Shown here piece by piece: positions 45,520 to 55,913 of a stretch of DNA of 64,000 nt; the stretch's first letter is position 1; every line of letters starts with the position of its first letter. This stretch comes from an uncultured delta proteobacterium (GTDB taxonomy: Bacteria > Desulfobacterota > Binatia > Bin18). The notes under the pieces were generated by a model that searched no databases, had not been told where the DNA came from, and saw nothing but the letters and a program-made list of their open reading frames with translations. A program made the translations under genes and the position numbers. The stretch spans positions 21,032 through 85,031 of the forward strand of contig CAVTCR010000064.1 in the NCBI GenBank assembly GCA_963733195.1, given 5' to 3'.

Positions 45520-45966
45520 TCACATCACGTTCACGACAATGCGAAAGATCATCAGCAAGGTACACAATGCCCCGATGCCGAAACAGATCGCGCGGGCTGG
45601 CTGAATCCCTTTGGCGTAGACGAACGTGTGAATGACACGGGCCACGGTGAACAGACCACAAAGAAGAATGACTCCTGTGACCGATGCCCCACTCAACACA
45701 TAGATGAGTCCTATGGCAAAGAACAGGGGAATATTTTCGAGGTCGTTGCGTTGAATGCGGAGCGCTCGTGCGACTTCAGGTGCTTCCTCTGGTTTTGCAA
45801 CTGTGCCCTCGGGTGCAAACTTTTGCGCATCTTCCGGGTTGATGTAGCCGTTAACTTTTTGTCGTCTCGATCCAGTGTAGAAAGCTGAAGCAAGCATCTT
45901 CACACCGAGTATAGCTGCGCAAAGGGCATAGATACCGAAGGCTGGGTTATCACGTAATGCTTCCAT
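45520..45966 (-). CDS. MAPEG family protein (MGST1/PTGES-like)
   Basis: NPED, R..RNDLENIP.F, F..AR..HT. Confidence 0.85.
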   Translation of the reverse strand: MEALRDNPAFGIYALCAAILGVKMLASAFYTGSRRQKVNGYINPEDAQKFAPEGTVAKPEEAPEVARALRIQRNDLENIPLFFAIGLIYVLSGASVTGVILLCGLFTVARVIHTFVYAKGIQPARAICFGIGALCTLLMIFRIVVNVM

Positions 45967-46073
45967 TGAGGGCTCTCCTTTTTTCCATTCGCAAGTGTAC
46001 CGTATTGTCTTCAAAAGGCGCTCACTGAACTGAGCTCATGCCTCCTCCATCACCTTACCGGCTATAGGTCGCC

Positions 46074-46415
46074 TTACGGCGCAAACATCTCTTGCAACAC
46101 CGTTAGGGCTCGTCCGAGGGTGTTCGGAGCAAGCCGCCCCAGCCTACGTACCAACCGCTCCCGATCTACGGTGCGAATCTGATCAAGTACGACATGCCCC
46201 GATCGCCTGTCAAAGCGGCAAGGCACACGGAATGGGTACGGATGCCCACCCGTGGTCAGCGGAGCGACGATAAATGTCCGCAGGTAACGATTAAGCTCGT
46301 CAGGCGATACCACTACGCACGGCCTCGTCTTACGGATTTCGCCACCACGTGTGGGGCTCAAGTCGACCAGAAAGACTTCTCCACGTTGTACAACGTCGGC
46401 TGCTACCACTCCCAC
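46074..46415 (-). CDS. mazF: MazF/PemK family toxin
   Basis: RGEVFLVDL.P..G.EI.K.RPCVVVS, APLT, DQIRTVD..RL. Confidence 0.92.
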   Translation of the reverse strand: MGVVAADVVQRGEVFLVDLSPTRGGEIRKTRPCVVVSPDELNRYLRTFIVAPLTTGGHPYPFRVPCRFDRRSGHVVLDQIRTVDRERLVRRLGRLAPNTLGRALTVLQEMFAP

Positions 46416-46651
46416 TCCTCTTCATCGAAACGAGTTGACGTCGGAGGATCAAGCAACCGATCCTCATCCCGATTCTGCAATCGCTCCGCTGCCTCACCCC
46501 ATCCGGCTCGCGAGCGGCTTGCTGGGGTGATGACGATAGCTCCGTTGCGGGCGCGAAGCTCGACCTCATCGGTCAGACCTATTTCCTCGATCAGAGGTTT
46601 GGGAAGACGGATACCACGTGAGTTGCCAACACGAATTAAGCGTGTTTTCAT
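46403..46651 (-). CDS. mazE: MazE/AbrB family antitoxin
   Basis: GNSRGIRLPK, acidic C-terminus, overlaps the toxin start. Confidence 0.92.
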   Translation of the reverse strand: MKTRLIRVGNSRGIRLPKPLIEEIGLTDEVELRARNGAIVITPASRSRAGWGEAAERLQNRDEDRLLDPPTSTRFDEEEWEW

Positions 46652-46672
46652 TTCAGAGTTACTCCATCTATA

Positions 46673-46710
46673 GTGATCACAACGTAATCACAGAGCCAGA
46701 GACAGGTCAA
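46673..46710 (-). promoter_or_regulatory. mazEF promoter with autoregulatory palindrome
   Basis: Minus strand TTGACC-N18-TACGTT; palindrome GTGATCACAACGTAATCAC at 46673-46691 covers the -10. Confidence 0.6.
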
Positions 46711-46726
46711 CTCTCTAGACGGGCTA

Positions 46727-48134
46727 GGGTGCATAACCAGCGGAGTGGCAAAGTGGGAGATAAAAGCGGTAAGGCAGAGGCGAAACCAGCGGATAAGGAG
46801 GAGGGGTAGGGATGAAAGGGCGAGAAGAAAGCGGACACGACAGGGGCTGGAAGGTGACCTTTGAAGCAGTGGCTGGACGGCGAGGAGGGCGGGGGATCTT
46901 TGCGATTGAAGATGAAGGCGAAGAAATGGCGCGGCGGACCAAATTAGCCGATATGGCCGAGCGGATTGCGGCATATGATCGGGGGTATGAAGGGAATCGG
47001 CGCCGGTGTCCGCAGTGTGGGCAGTGGCAGCAGTACAAAGGGGAGCGAGCGCGGGAGGTCGAGGTCGAGGGCGGGACGTTAACGAGTCGTGCGGGCGTAT
47101 TATGTGTGTCCGCGCTGTCACACGGCGAGTTATCCGTTAGACGAGCAGTTAGGGTTGGGGGAGGGCAAGAGCAAGGACGATTGCGGGAGAAGCTGGCGTT
47201 AGTGGCGGTGTTGGTGCCGTATCATCAAGCCCCGCAGGTGTGTCAGACGTTGTTGGGGAGTGAGCGGTATGCCAGCAGTTTACGCCGGGTGGCGTTGCGG
47301 GAAGCGGAGCGGCTAACGAGCAGTGGGCATCAGCATAGGTTACGGGAGCGCGAACAGGACCGGATTTATCTACAAATCGATGGGCAGTTGTGTCCGACGC
47401 GGGAACCCAGGCAGGGTCCTGAGGATCAGGGGTATCGGGAAGCCAAGGCGGTAATGGCCTTCTCGAGGCCGATGTGGCGGAAGTGAGTAAGGAGCGGCAT
47501 GAACTGTTAGCCAAAGTCCTGAAGGCCCAGATCACGGACTGTGACGCCGTTTCGCCCGCTCGTCGCCGAGGTCTATCAGCACGCACGGGGCCCGCAAGCG
47601 GCCGAAGTGATCGTGCTGGCCGATGGGGCGCACTGGATCTGGAACTTGGTCGGCGACCTCCTGCCCCACGCCGTGCAAATCCTCGACTTTAGTCATGCCA
47701 AGCACTACCTGTGGGAGGCCGCCAAACTCATCTATGGCGAAGGATTCGGCCTTTGTTGCCCCGTGGGTCAAAGAACGCGAAGCGTTATTGTTTGCCGATC
47801 AAGTGGAGCAAGTGATTGCTCACCTACACGCCTTCGTGGACCTCGCGCCAGGCCTCGCCGCGATTATTCACTATTTCCAACAGAACCAAGAGCGCATGCG
47901 GTATGGAACGTATCAGCAGCGTGGCTATTTCATTGGCTCCGGGGCCATTGAGAGCGCGGGCAAACAACTCACCGCCGCACGCATTAAGGGACCAGGCATG
48001 CGCTGGAACGTCACCGCGCTGAACGCCCTCCTCGCTTTACGCTGTGTATTTCTTGAACACTCCTGGACAGATGTATTGGGATGCGCAAGCGCAGCTGGCC
48101 GCCTGATTACCACTCAGAAATTGGTTATGCACCC
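46727..48134 (+). mobile_element. ISKra4-family insertion sequence (frameshifted transposase at about 46812-48107)
   Basis: TIR GGGTGCATAACCA / TGGTTATGCACCC; 9-bp TSD GACGGGCTA at 46718-46726 and 48135-48143; motifs IDG, ADGAHWIW, LDFSHA, IGSGAIES, G.GMRW. Confidence 0.9.
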
Positions 48135-48732
48135 GACGGGCTAACTGACCACGATGATGGTCAATGAGCGTGGGAGAAACCGATTCTCCTGGCCGCATTT
48201 TCGGACTGGTTTCTCGGATGCACAGGGAGCTGTTTTTTCTGGCGTCCGGTATTGTCCGGAAACTTAGGAGATGCTGTTGGTCAACGTCTTTTTTGACTAT
48301 TTTGTTCCCACTTGTGAAGTTAAAACGGTCAGGAAACCAGGCAAGAAGATGATCTGTTCTCCCATTACATCTTGGTTTTTGGACTGTGAGTAGCTGTTCT
48401 TTCCCACTTTGAGGAGTTCGCCAACAGTATCTTAAGATTTCCCTGACGGCATGAAGAAGCCACAAACCCTGTCGTACGAACGATATTCACTACGGTAATC
48501 GAGTAATTGTATATTGATGCCTTTGCCCAAGTAGTCGAACAATCTGCTGCGGCCAGTCAACAATCACCGCAAAGAGGTTCATCACATCTCGCCCAAGGAC
48601 GCTCATATCAAGGGTGTCTACTTCAGTAACCCCGGCATATTGTCCACGAAGAGTCACCTTACCTCCTTCTACCTGAGTCAAGCGAATTTGCGTTTCGACG
48701 AGAATCGACGCGACTATGCCACCAACACCACC

Positions 48733-49971
48733 CACGGCAAACGCGCTTCAAGTGCTGCAAAACCCAAGGAGTTGGGCGAGGTAGGGAATATGCCATCCGG
48801 CGCGCTTGCGCTTCACTTTCAGCGAGCCTTTGCCGGTATCCCCGCGTAACAGGGAGAGCGCGAGGCGGTTCAGGAACGCCACATTCTCTGCTGCCGTGCG
48901 ATCATAGACCCGGCGGGCATCTTCCCGAAACACGACATCTAACACCCAGTGCAGTCCGTTCTCAATGCTCCAGTGGCCCCTAATGGCGGTGCCAATGCGC
49001 CGAGCATTCGGCGGGAGACTACTGAGAAAATAACTCCCCTCGATGCTCTCCACGCCCGTCGCCTCACACCACACGACGCGGGTGACCATGACGATCGTGA
49101 ACACGCCCAGCCACGCCGCGCCCTGCGCCGTCGACAGGTGGCCGCGTGCAGGCAACACCTGCACCGTGCGCTGTTCGTCACGCCCGTGGCCTTGGTCTTC
49201 GGTGGTATAGAGTCGCGGGGACCGCGCCGGGGGCGTGGCGGCGGTGGCAAAGGCCGCCTGGATCTCCGCGTGCAAGGTGGGCTGATTCGCTTTGACTGCC
49301 AAGATGTAGTCCCCGCCCCCGGCCACGATGGTCTCCGCAATCGCCTTTTGACACCCCATCGCATCCGTGGTCACAATCTTGTCATGGAGGTCCAGGACTT
49401 CGAGTAACTGCGGCATCGCCTTGATTTCATTGGATTTGGCGTTTACGGCCACCTGCCCCAGCGTGAGCCCGGTTTGCCCCGCCCACGCACTCACCACATG
49501 GAGTGCTTTCAACTGCGGGGTGGTGCGCCGAGTCTGGCGCAGGGTTTTCCCATCCAGGTGAATCCAGTCGCCCGGCAGGCCGCGCCGCTCCAATAGCCAC
49601 GGCAGCAACACCTCCTGCAAGGGCGCGGGTTTGAGCATGGCAAAGACGCGGGTGAAGGTATCATGGGCCGGAATCCCATGGGGCAACTCCAGAAAGGAAC
49701 GAAAAAACACCTCATTGAATTGGGCCCATTCCGCCATCTCCACAAAATCATCACAGCCGGCAAGCACCCCACAAAAGCCCAAGATGATAATATCGACCAA
49801 GCGATGTTTGAGATTCTCGCCTTGGCGGCGGGGATCGGCAATCGTCTCCAGCCGCTCCACCAGGGCACAGGTCAGAGGGGGCATGGAACCTCCTTCTGTC
49901 TCCGGGACAACCGTGCTGCCCTCTCTATTCTAACCCCTTCTTTTTACAAGAGTCGAAGCGCGTTCACCGTG
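48733..49971 (-). mobile_element. ISAs1-family insertion sequence
   Basis: 17-bp TIR CACGGCAAACGCGCTTC / GAAGCGCGTTCACCGTG (2 mismatches); 10-bp TSD CAACACCACC at 48723-48732 and 49972-49981. Confidence 0.93.
48748..49884 (-). CDS. ISAs1 transposase (intact ORF)
   Basis: DPR, GIP.HDTF.RV, LDGK, KSNEI, DAMGCQ, K.NQ, HGR.E.R, R.HWSIENGLHWVLDV.F.ED. Confidence 0.95.
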   Translation of the reverse strand: MPPLTCALVERLETIADPRRQGENLKHRLVDIIILGFCGVLAGCDDFVEMAEWAQFNEVFFRSFLELPHGIPAHDTFTRVFAMLKPAPLQEVLLPWLLERRGLPGDWIHLDGKTLRQTRRTTPQLKALHVVSAWAGQTGLTLGQVAVNAKSNEIKAMPQLLEVLDLHDKIVTTDAMGCQKAIAETIVAGGGDYILAVKANQPTLHAEIQAAFATAATPPARSPRLYTTEDQGHGRDEQRTVQVLPARGHLSTAQGAAWLGVFTIVMVTRVVWCEATGVESIEGSYFLSSLPPNARRIGTAIRGHWSIENGLHWVLDVVFREDARRVYDRTAAENVAFLNRLALSLLRGDTGKGSLKVKRKRAGWHIPYLAQLLGFCST

Positions 49972-50144
49972 CAACACCACCGATGTGGTCTGTTGCCATG
50001 AGAGGGGACTGAGGTAGTGCAGCTAAAATATCAGCACTGAAGACCGTCCGATCTGCGCCAGTATCAAGTAAGAACGGAACTTTGATCCAAGAACTATTAT
50101 CCGTAAGGACTTCTGCGTGTATCACAGGTCGCGTTATACCATCG

Positions 50145-50462
50145 TCACATAGATGCCACACTCCTTCGATCAACATAAATTCGGGCTACCTTCTCTTTCG
50201 AAATGATGCGGGTGAAGCGACCGTCATCTTCAGGATGAGCGGTCGTCGCTTTCATCAAGACTTTTTCAGGCGTATCTGCAAAGAAAAGCTCTTCACCAGC
50301 GATGCAAATGCATTTGCCTCGATACTGAGTGTAGATTTCAGCCGCATGCGCTTCGAACCATGCCCAATTACGTGCAAACCGCTCATCCTGCTTCTTAGCT
50401 TTTGCCAGTTCAGTAGTATCCGTGACTTCTTCTAAGACGATGTGAGGCTGCTTTGCAGTCAT
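50145..50462 (-). CDS. DUF5678-like small protein
   Basis: N..WF..H..E...QYRGK.ICIAGEE....D pattern; overlaps the protease start. Confidence 0.65.
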   Translation of the reverse strand: MTAKQPHIVLEEVTDTTELAKAKKQDERFARNWAWFEAHAAEIYTQYRGKCICIAGEELFFADTPEKVLMKATTAHPEDDGRFTRIISKEKVARIYVDRRSVASM

Positions 50463-50568
50463 ACTTACAACCTTTTAATTCGTGAAAGTTGTACACATCC
50501 TACACCACTCAGTACCGGCTGACAGTAGTCTTCTCCGATGTCGTCATCTGTGCCGCGCCCTTAATAGA

Positions 50569-51324
50569 TCAGACACGTCCCAAAAACTCCAACACCGCCT
50601 TGTTAAACACCTCCGGCTGGTCGATGTTCGGCGCGTGGCCAGCATCAGGAATCACAACTTTGGTCGCGCCGGGAATTTTACTGGTCATATAGTCTGACGC
50701 AGCAAAGTACGCTTCGTCTTTCGACCCAACGCCAATCAGCGTCGGTACTTTGACCGTCTCTAATGAGTTGATGATTCGTCCGTCACGCTGGGCCAGCATG
50801 CCACGCGCTGCAAGCGCGAGCCCTTGCGCCGATCGATGGGTGCAGGCCATCACTTCAGCACTGCGTCCCAAGGCTTCCAGTCCTTTGGCTTCAAAGTTCT
50901 TTGCCATCGCTTCAGCGCGTTTGTTCCACCCTGCACGGGCATCGTCTTTTTTGTATCCTGGCCCGGTGTCGAGCAGGATCAATGCCTTCACTCGTTCGGG
51001 ATGAGCAAGATGGAACGCGAGCGACATATAGCCACCGAGTGAATGCCCGGCAATCACTGCTCGTTTTTCTCCGCAGGCATCGAGCAATGCCGCCATATCG
51101 CCAACGATCAACTCTTCTGAGTAACGCGCTGTGTCGTTTGGACTGTCGCTTCGCCCATGCCCACGCATGTCCCACAGAATCCACTTGTAGCGTTGTGACA
51201 GCACGGCCATGTTGGCATTCCACATTTCGGCAGTGGCACTGAAACCGTGAGTGAGGAGTACGGCAGGACCAGAGCCGTGGACTTCGTAGTAAACATTGAC
51301 ACCATTTCTCTCAAGCGTTGGCAT
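50569..51324 (-). CDS. Alpha/beta fold hydrolase
   Basis: THGF, DMRGHG.S, GHSLGG, G.KD, AGH. Confidence 0.9.
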   Translation of the reverse strand: MPTLERNGVNVYYEVHGSGPAVLLTHGFSATAEMWNANMAVLSQRYKWILWDMRGHGRSDSPNDTARYSEELIVGDMAALLDACGEKRAVIAGHSLGGYMSLAFHLAHPERVKALILLDTGPGYKKDDARAGWNKRAEAMAKNFEAKGLEALGRSAEVMACTHRSAQGLALAARGMLAQRDGRIINSLETVKVPTLIGVGSKDEAYFAASDYMTSKIPGATKVVIPDAGHAPNIDQPEVFNKAVLEFLGRV

Positions 51325-51427
51325 TCGTAGCCTCCATATGACCTCTTGCGAAGAGTTGTTCGCTCCTCCGCTAGCATTCCCTCAGTGAGAGATCAATGCT
51401 AGGAGTTGGGCAGAGGAGAGATACTCA

Positions 51428-52096
51428 ATGGCAGAAATCGGCGTGTATGAGGCAATGCGAACCTTGCGAGCGGTACGACGACTACGAACAGATCCAATTC
51501 CTGATGACGTGTTGCACCGGGTGTTAGAAGCCGCGACCTGGGCACCGACAGGAGGCAATCGGCAGCCGTGGCGAATGATTGTCGTCAAAGATCGCGAGCG
51601 AAAGCAGAAGCTTGGGGCGTTGTATGCTGAGGTGTGGGGACCTTTTGCCAAGATGTACCGCACCCGACTCGGTGATATGCCCGAAGCCGCACGAGCAAAA
51701 ATGGAAAAGATGTTAGGTGCAGGAGACTATCTCGCTACACATTTTGGTGAGGCTCCGGCGATTGTCATCTTCTGCTTCAATCCGAAAGATATGGCGATTA
51801 CCGACGCGAAGCTCGATCGCGTCTCTGTTGTTGGCGGTGGATCAGTCTACACGGCGGTAGAAAACTTGCTGTTAGCCTGTCGTGCGGAAGGATTAGGCTG
51901 CACTCTGACGACATTGCTGTGCGAACGTGAACCTGCGGTCCGTGAACTGCTTGCTATTCCGCAACCGTGGGGTACCGCTGCGGCGATACCGATTGGCTAT
52001 CCGATGTTGCGTGGGCACGGACCGATTTCGCGCCGACCGGTTGAGGAATTGACGTTTGTTGATACGTGGGGAACGGCAATTACAAAGAATGCATGA
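51428..52096 (+). CDS. Nitroreductase family protein
   Basis: RAVRR, APTGGNRQPW, NLLLA.RA.GLG, IPIGYP. Confidence 0.9.
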   Translation: MAEIGVYEAMRTLRAVRRLRTDPIPDDVLHRVLEAATWAPTGGNRQPWRMIVVKDRERKQKLGALYAEVWGPFAKMYRTRLGDMPEAARAKMEKMLGAGDYLATHFGEAPAIVIFCFNPKDMAITDAKLDRVSVVGGGSVYTAVENLLLACRAEGLGCTLTTLLCEREPAVRELLAIPQPWGTAAAIPIGYPMLRGHGPISRRPVEELTFVDTWGTAITKNA

Positions 52097-52103
52097 TGCA
52101 GTT

Positions 52104-52126
52104 GTGGCGGGCACAGCCCGCCCTAC
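52104..52126 (-). repeat. GTAG-family REP element
   Basis: Reverse complement GTAGGGCGGGCTGTGCCCGCCAC. Confidence 0.7.
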
Positions 52127-52137
52127 ATTCACTCTCC

Positions 52138-53399
52138 TCAAGCAAACATCGGAAACGTTTCAAACTCGCCTTTCAACAGTGAAGCAGTGTCAGTGTAGCC
52201 TAACCACTGCTTCATCATGGTCGCGTAGACGCGACGGAAATCAGTCGTGTACAACAAGTTACCATCATCGAGTTCGGTCAGACTCAACTGGCTTGCCGTA
52301 GAGTCCACCTTTGACTGGACCACCAAGGACAAACATCGGCGTTGCGGTGCCGTGGTCAGTGCCTTTGCTGGTATTCTCCGGTACGCGACGACCAAACTCA
52401 GTAAACACCATCACGGCGACGTCTGACCCACGACCAATGCGCTGCATATCATCGACAAATGCCCGCAGTGCGTCGGCAGTGTACGTCAGTAGCCGAGAGT
52501 GGAGATCAGGTTGATGAACATGGGTGTCGAACACGTTCCCGGCGTAGGTTACATAATAGAGGCGTGTTGGCATTTTGGCATTGATTAACGCCGCAACTTT
52601 ACGCATGTCGAGCCCTAAGCCGGCAGCGTTGGCACCATAGTCCACTGGCGTCTTGTAGTCGCTCCACGCCTGGCGCACGAATGACGCACTCTCAGTCGCG
52701 TTCTCGGCAATGTTGGTAAGAAAGTCGAGCGACGGGTTGCCAGTCGTTCGTGCCTGACTGAAACGATCGAAAACCGCTTTCTGTTGATACACACCATTAC
52801 GGGTGAAGGTGGCTGGATCGTAGAACACTAAGGGTGAGTGATTCCGGCTACGCACTGCGGGTGATTGTGCTGTCGCAATATTGACGATGTAGTTCCGCTC
52901 ACCCTTTTGGATCCATGCCGTCAGCAAGCCGTCCCATCCAGCCAAGTTTCTCCCCAGCATTGGGCAGCCCGGTGTGCCAGAAGCCCATCGACAGAAAATG
53001 TGAGAGTGAGGGTTTTTCATATCCACAACCGTGCACGATGGCGAGTTTGCCGTCTTTGTACAGTTTCTCAAACCCAGCCATCGAGGGATGGAAACCAAAG
53101 TGCTCGTCGATCTTACGTACTGTTTTGGCAGGAATGCCAATGGTTGGACGATGACGATAATAGGCATCATCACCATAGGGCACGATAGTATTCACTCCAT
53201 CGTTTCCGCCTGAAAGTTCGACAACAACTAAGATCCGCTCAGCCTCGCGGGCTTTGGTGCCGTCATCAGCTGCAGCAGCCAAAGCTGAAGCCGCAGTTTG
53301 AAAGAAGGCTGGTAATCCTGCTGTGATACCAAGGCCATAGAGACCTAACCGCAAGGCATCACGGCGAGTGAGAGAGCAATGAGAGCACTTTGTAGACAT
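52138..53399 (-). CDS. DUF1501 protein with Tat signal, two or more frameshifts
   Basis: TRRDAL, LSGGNDG.N, FDTH..Q, TEFGRR..EN..GTDHG, DFRRVYA across three ORFs. Confidence 0.82.
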
Positions 53400-53448
53400 A
53401 CTATACCCCTATCGGGAGCAGCAAACTTTACGATGGGTCTTTCGCCCT

Positions 53449-53580
53449 TGTCATTCTGAGCCGGAGGCGAAGAATCTCTCTTAAAAAGGAACCTTTACAG
53501 GATTTATCCTGAACATCCTTCGACTTCGACGCCACGCGTCTACGCTCAGGATGAACGGGAGTGAAGGGTTCAAGATAACA
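53449..53580. repeat. Nested palindromic intergenic element, second family member
   Basis: TGTCATTCTGAG..GCGAAGAATCTC...TTTATCCTGAAC..CCTTCGAC...GCTCAGGATGAACGG...GAAGGGTTCAAGATAACA. Confidence 0.6.
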
Positions 53581-53605
53581 CCCATAAAACCGCAATTTCT
53601 CCTCT

Positions 53606-55588
53606 TTACCCGAGCTGATACTCAGGGGTACTCATAATCGAATGCACAAGGAGGCGCACTGGTTCCTCCAAATAACTGGCCGATGCGTTAATGCGATCAG
53701 TTCCCAGCTCTTTGGTGAGAAAATCGATCATCGCTTGACGGTCATCCTGAGACAGTGGCACGCGCAGGAGTCGAGCGAAGAAAGTAGTCTACCACGTCGG
53801 TCGTGGTTTCCAGCTTCGCCCTAGTCACTATCTGTGTGAAATTGAGCTGAGCGGTACGACGTGGAATCGGCTTTACACGACGAAAGGCCTCTTCCCAGCC
53901 GTGCGTACTGCCGTAGCGTGTATTATAGTCCTCGTCGGCACCAGCCATCAGGTTAAACATCGACATGCCGCCACCATACGAAGAATCGACCTCGTCTTCT
54001 TTGGTGGCTTCAGTAATCTCCATTCCTTGGGAGATCTTTACCGCGACCTTCCGGTTGGTCTCTGGCATATATTGATCTGGTGCGCGGAAATTGACGACGT
54101 CAGGGAATAATACCTCACGGGCAAAGTTCCCTCGTGAGAGCAAGAGAGCAGGGGTCACCCAACTACGACCGCCTTCCCAACCCGCAACGTTGGGTGGATG
54201 AAACAGCTCCTGCCCTAAGCTTTCAGTGATGGCGTTGAAATCCGGAATGCCAGGAACCTCCGTCAGTCCTAACTTACGATAGGTCGAGACCGCCAAGATG
54301 GACCGGGCTTTTGATCTGCGTACCATACGATGAGGGACCATAAAAATCGCGCGACAAAAAGATCGTTGTCAACAACGGCGTAATTGCATACTTGTTGTCG
54401 TATAAAATTTTACCGAGTTTAGTAGACAGTTCAGGAGAAAGATCGTCGCGCACGAAGTAGCGATAGAGTTTGCCGGCAATAAATCGCGACGTCACATCTC
54501 GTGAAAGAATAATATCGATCACATCAACGCCGTCAAATTTTCCCGTGCGGCCAAGAACAGTTTTTTCTCCATCGTCATGCAGCTCCGGTTTGACGACGAA
54601 CTTGAGACTATCATTGGTCCAGCCAGTGAACGCACGAGCAGCTTCACGAATGTCATGCTCGGTATAATTACCGACACCCATAGTGAAAAGTTCGAGAATC
54701 TCACGGCCGAAGTTCTCGTTGGGTTTACCTTTGAGATTTTCTCCAGCATCGAGATAGACCAACATTGCCGGGTCTTTGGCAACACCAACCAGCAAATCAC
54801 GAAAATTGCCGTTGCCATGTTTGTGAAACAAGGCGAGCTGTTGCACCATCTTGCGATAATCGCGCACCTTGGTATCAGATGTTGCGAAATGGCCATGCCA
54901 AAAGAGGGCAAGCTTTTCTTCTAGGGGACGCTTGGTGCGGAGCATGCGTTCTGCCCACCACTGACCAGCGCGGTGAATCTCCATCATATCTGCCCGCAGC
55001 CAATAGAAGAAGCGATTTACTACTGGTTGCAGAGGTCGATCTCCTCCAGGTTTGACCTTGACCCCCATCGCCTCGCCTTTTTCGCGAGCGATGCGGACGA
55101 CATCCTCGCGACTCTTGGGAAAAGGTTCAATTGTCGGATCAAAAATCCCAGATTCATCAAAAGGTGGAAGATGATTATTCTCAACGTTCTGATATTGCAC
55201 CAACCAACGCACTGCGGCTTCCGGTGTCATCGCCGCAAGTCGATCGACTTCTTCTGGGGTGCCACCAAATCCAGCGCGCTCTAAGAGATGCGCCGCACGG
55301 TTCCGACTCCAGTCAGCTTTGGTAATAGGAGTAAGGTCATCGGTCCAAGAGGCCGGACCGGCACCAGCACCGCCACGTTGTATGGGTTCTTTATCAGCAG
55401 CAGTCGTCGTCGCAGCGGTCACTAAGACAGCATACCCAGTATGGCCAAGAGAAAGGCTTGAGTTTGCCCTTGGCGCCATCGCCATCGCTCTCATCAGTTT
55501 CGCCCTCCGCCATTCGGCTAGCATTCCTGAGCAGCGATAGCAACTGTGCCATTCTCAGAGAAAGGGAAAACACAAAGATTGGATACAT
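53606..55588 (-). CDS. DUF1800 protein, frameshifted; start uncertain
   Basis: HLLERAGFG, FWHGHFATS, PAMLVYLD, PNENFGRE.LELFTMG, ARAFTGW, PPNVAGW, PEYQL. Confidence 0.82.
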
Positions 55589-55913
55589 AGAACACCAGGG
55601 CGCGCTCTTCGTGTTGTCAGAGCAACACCTGGTGCTTTAAGAACAGGCAAATCACAGCTCAAGCTTGAGGTAGACAAATCCCCGTACTTTCACTATTGCC
55701 CCTTAGCAAGACTTTCTCGTGAATGGAAAGTAACGATACCCTTCATCGCTTCAGCAAAAATAGGATAGTCTTGTTCTTCCTCATTAAGCGAGAAGTCCTA
55801 TAGGTGCGGCTTGTCTGGGGTGTCTACCCTGCTCTAGAAGGGAATACTTCTTGCTGACGCCTAATGTACGGCTTAGTCTCGACAAAGTTCGACTAAACGG
55901 AGGAAATGCGCCT

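Larger units (their letters stand above)
48490..50176 (-). pseudogene. Retropepsin-like aspartyl protease split by ISAs1
   Basis: N-half FLLDTGAD...HIGGV (49972-50176) and C-half GGIV...SVLGRD (48490-48732) rejoin in frame after removing the IS and one TSD. Confidence 0.85.

Noticed and set aside
46727-49971. Composite transposon formed by the two IS
   Set aside because: Different families, each with its own TSD, so independent insertions
55591-55636. Structured ncRNA between DUF1800 and the transglutaminase operon
   Set aside because: A single imperfect hairpin with no recognisable family motif
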